Source: Wickerhamiella versatilis (lineage: Eukaryota). From it: 64,000 nt of DNA. The notes under the pieces were generated by a model that did not search any database, was not told where the DNA came from, and saw only the letters and a list, made by a program, of their open reading frames with translations. A program made the translations under genes and the position numbers. Shown one piece after another: positions 61,951 to 64,000 of the stretch (positions are counted from its first letter, which is position 1; each line of letters begins with the position of its first letter). Where the stretch lies: assembly GCA_030867685.1 (NCBI GenBank), contig JAQOWU010000007.1, positions 1,116,001 to 1,180,000 on the forward strand, given 5' to 3'.

Positions 61951-62703
61951 ATGTTGTTGTCAAACATACTACTTAGATCCAGTCGCTTGACAGCTGCTTC
62001 TCGCTCGAGACTATCAGTGCTTGCTCGTGCTTATTCGAGTTTTAAGCCTGAGAACCAGCCGCGTATCCGTATTGGTTCTACGGCTCCGAACTTCAAGGCT
62101 TTGACTACGAACGGTGAAATAGATTTCCACGATTTCGTTGGTGATAAGTGGACTATTCTTTTTTCACACCCTGCTGATTTCACGCCTGTATGCACAACTG
62201 AGCTCGGTGCCTTTTCAGCCCTAAAAGATGAATTCGCTAAGCGTGGTGCTCAGCTCATTGGTTTGAGTGCTGATCCCATTGAAAGCCATGAGAAGTGGCT
62301 GAAGGATATTGAGGAAACCTCTAAACTTGGTAAATCCTTTGACTTTCCTATTATTGCGGATGTCGACCGTGAAGTGGCTTTCCTCTATGATATGGTCGAT
62401 GAGGAGGGTTTCAAGAACCTAAGTAAAATGGCAAGTACAATCCGCAATGTCTTCATCATTGATCCTTCCAAGAAGGTACGTTTGTTTTTGGTTTATCCCG
62501 CATCGACCGGCCGTAACACTGCGGAAGTTCTACGTGTTCTGGATGCGTTGCAGCTCACTGACTCCAAGGGACTTGTGACTCCGGTCAACTGGACTGAAGG
62601 ATCTGATGTCATTGTACCACCATCGGTTCCTCTGGAGCAAGCCAAGGAGAAGTATGGAGATGTTCGCGTTGAGAAACCGTACTTGCGCTATGTCAAGGCT
62701 TAA
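61951..62703 (+). CDS. PRX1: Mitochondrial 1-Cys peroxiredoxin
   Basis: Arg/Ser-rich presequence; FSHPADFTPVCTTE, YPASTGRNTAEVLRVLDALQ, TPVNW, KPYLR. Confidence 0.95.
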   Translation: MLLSNILLRSSRLTAASRSRLSVLARAYSSFKPENQPRIRIGSTAPNFKALTTNGEIDFHDFVGDKWTILFSHPADFTPVCTTELGAFSALKDEFAKRGAQLIGLSADPIESHEKWLKDIEETSKLGKSFDFPIIADVDREVAFLYDMVDEEGFKNLSKMASTIRNVFIIDPSKKVRLFLVYPASTGRNTAEVLRVLDALQLTDSKGLVTPVNWTEGSDVIVPPSVPLEQAKEKYGDVRVEKPYLRYVKA

Positions 62704-62769
62704 CGAAATCTAACTAGAATATACTAAGTAGCACACATAAATGGCTATGCAATGATTCTTTTTTTCGGA

Positions 62770-63999
62770 TTAGGATCCATTAAGTGCACCTAAGTATTCG
62801 ACGACCAGCGTCTGAACACTTCGGTAATTTCGAGCTACTTCGATCATTTCGGCGAGTAGAGGACGATTATTTGCCAGCAATGCCCGGAAAACTTCATCAA
62901 GGCGGCTACGTTGGCCGAACTCGCTCAAGCGACGGATATAAAGCTCCAGATTGCGTTTTAGTTCGCTGCCTGATACATCAAGAAGAGAAGAAGAAGCAAC
63001 ACGGTTAGCCAAATGTGAGAGACTTACAATTTCATCGTATCTTTGGAATCCCTCCTGAAGCATACGGTTAACTGCTTGACGTTGCATTGCACGGCCCCTT
63101 GCACCAGCCTTCAGAAGAGCTTCCTCATTTGTACGTCTTTCCGCAGCAGCCACAGGACCTTCACGTACTGCAAACCCTGTGGAATCCCAAAATTGAGAGC
63201 CATATGCCCAAAATGGTTCTGAGACACGAGACCACGCCTGCATTTCTGCATAGTAGGCGTAAACATTACCATTGGTCAGGCTAACCACAACTGAACTACC
63301 GGTTACTTGAACTGAAGTCACACCAGGTCCCTTCGTTAGTTCTTGAGCCTTTGATCCTGTGTCTAGGATAGGAGCAAGCGATACTGGTGGGAATAGCGCC
63401 TTGTGCTCTTGTACATTCCAAGCGTAAACCATTCCAGTAGACGTCACCGCCACCAGCCACCGTTCTCGGCTTTCCAAGAAACTTAGAGCCGCACCTAAGG
63501 CAAATGGAGGCGTCCATCGTTGGCCTTGCGGGGTCCAGATATATACGACACCATCGTCTGAGCTTACAGACCAGAACCAGTCTGGAGCACCAGTGGCCAG
63601 GTGCGCATGCTCAGCAATGAAATCTGTGAATACGAGTTTACCATCCCGCACCACCGTTACTTTTGTTGGATCGCCCTGGCGGCCATTTCGAGCTTCTAAT
63701 ACTGCTTTCGCATCGACATCCGTGGATAACTGACTTATTACTTTCGGAGTAGCTAGGCGTAATGCAGATGCGGTGACAGCTGGACTTACAACTGCAGGTT
63801 TTGTCCACTCAGGACGTTTTGGAGGCTTCGGTGCATCTTCCGCTCGACGCTTATGTCCAATTACGAGGGAGGGAACACCCCCCTTCGGCAAACCGTTTGA
63901 TGGACGGTCAAATTCAGCACTGCTGTGCTGTATTGCAGGAGCAGGCGTAGTGCTCACTGATGGTGTTGCTGGGGTATCAGCACCAACAAGAACCGGAGT
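62770..63999 (-). CDS. HIR1: HIRA/Hir1 histone chaperone, C-terminal part (ORF open to window edge)
   Basis: Frame stays open to the edge (TPVLV..., end of the HIRA B motif); RLATPKV, LEARNG, VTSTGMVYAWNV, PPVSLAPILD, SLSHLANRV, YIRRL of the Hira C-terminal domain. Confidence 0.85.
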   Translation of the reverse strand, partial: TPVLVGADTPATPSVSTTPAPAIQHSSAEFDRPSNGLPKGGVPSLVIGHKRRAEDAPKPPKRPEWTKPAVVSPAVTASALRLATPKVISQLSTDVDAKAVLEARNGRQGDPTKVTVVRDGKLVFTDFIAEHAHLATGAPDWFWSVSSDDGVVYIWTPQGQRWTPPFALGAALSFLESRERWLVAVTSTGMVYAWNVQEHKALFPPVSLAPILDTGSKAQELTKGPGVTSVQVTGSSVVVSLTNGNVYAYYAEMQAWSRVSEPFWAYGSQFWDSTGFAVREGPVAAAERRTNEEALLKAGARGRAMQRQAVNRMLQEGFQRYDEIVSLSHLANRVASSSLLDVSGSELKRNLELYIRRLSEFGQRSRLDEVFRALLANNRPLLAEMIEVARNYRSVQTLVVEYLGALNGS

Positions 64000-64000
64000 A

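Noticed and set aside
1186-63517. Numerous 60-190 aa antisense or alternate-frame ORFs in the track (e.g. 54891-55472, 8869-9354, 17190-17645, 52594-53007)
   Set aside because: They overlap well-supported genes, often start at TTG/GTG and show no recognisable motifs; treated as shadow ORFs.
1-64000. tRNA, rRNA, transposon/LTR, CRISPR array or bacterial operon-like insert
   Set aside because: No such signatures seen; all long ORFs belong to families found in fungi.

Overview
Gene-dense, almost intron-free stretch of an ascomycete budding-yeast nuclear genome (about 35 genes in 64 kb, many intergenic gaps under 150 bp). CTG encodes conserved Leu, so it is not a CUG-Ser yeast. A respiratory complex I subunit (NDUFB7), two myosin-type chitin synthases and a pseudouridine-degradation fusion point to an early-diverging Saccharomycotina lineage (Yarrowia/Trichomonascaceae/Wickerhamiella-like; inference). 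Most genes are housekeeping: LTV1 (partial, missed by the ORF track), DHR2, CTI6, ISWI, RPB7, RPB8, TTI2, TIM8, NUP159, HIS5, SMP3, PNO1, RPN1, BNA1, VMA16, PRX1 and HIR1 (partial). Notable points: (1) a cell-wall locus in which an FKS glucan synthase lies head-to-head with a class V myosin-motor chitin synthase, with the SLT2 MAPK and a class VII chitin synthase within 25 kb and Rlm1-type boxes in their promoters; (2) an unannotated, densely base-paired ~280-400 nt candidate ncRNA at about 46510-46906 that I cannot assign to a known family; (3) a second snoRNA-like or intron-like element at about 42.3-42.5 kb; (4) a 74-bp promoter duplication upstream of an amino-acid permease; (5) an orphan membrane-protein ORF. 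I saw no tRNA, rRNA, transposon or CRISPR. Where the ORF track began at TTG/GTG, CDS starts were moved to the first plausible in-frame ATG. All gene calls are from recognised motifs, without database searches.
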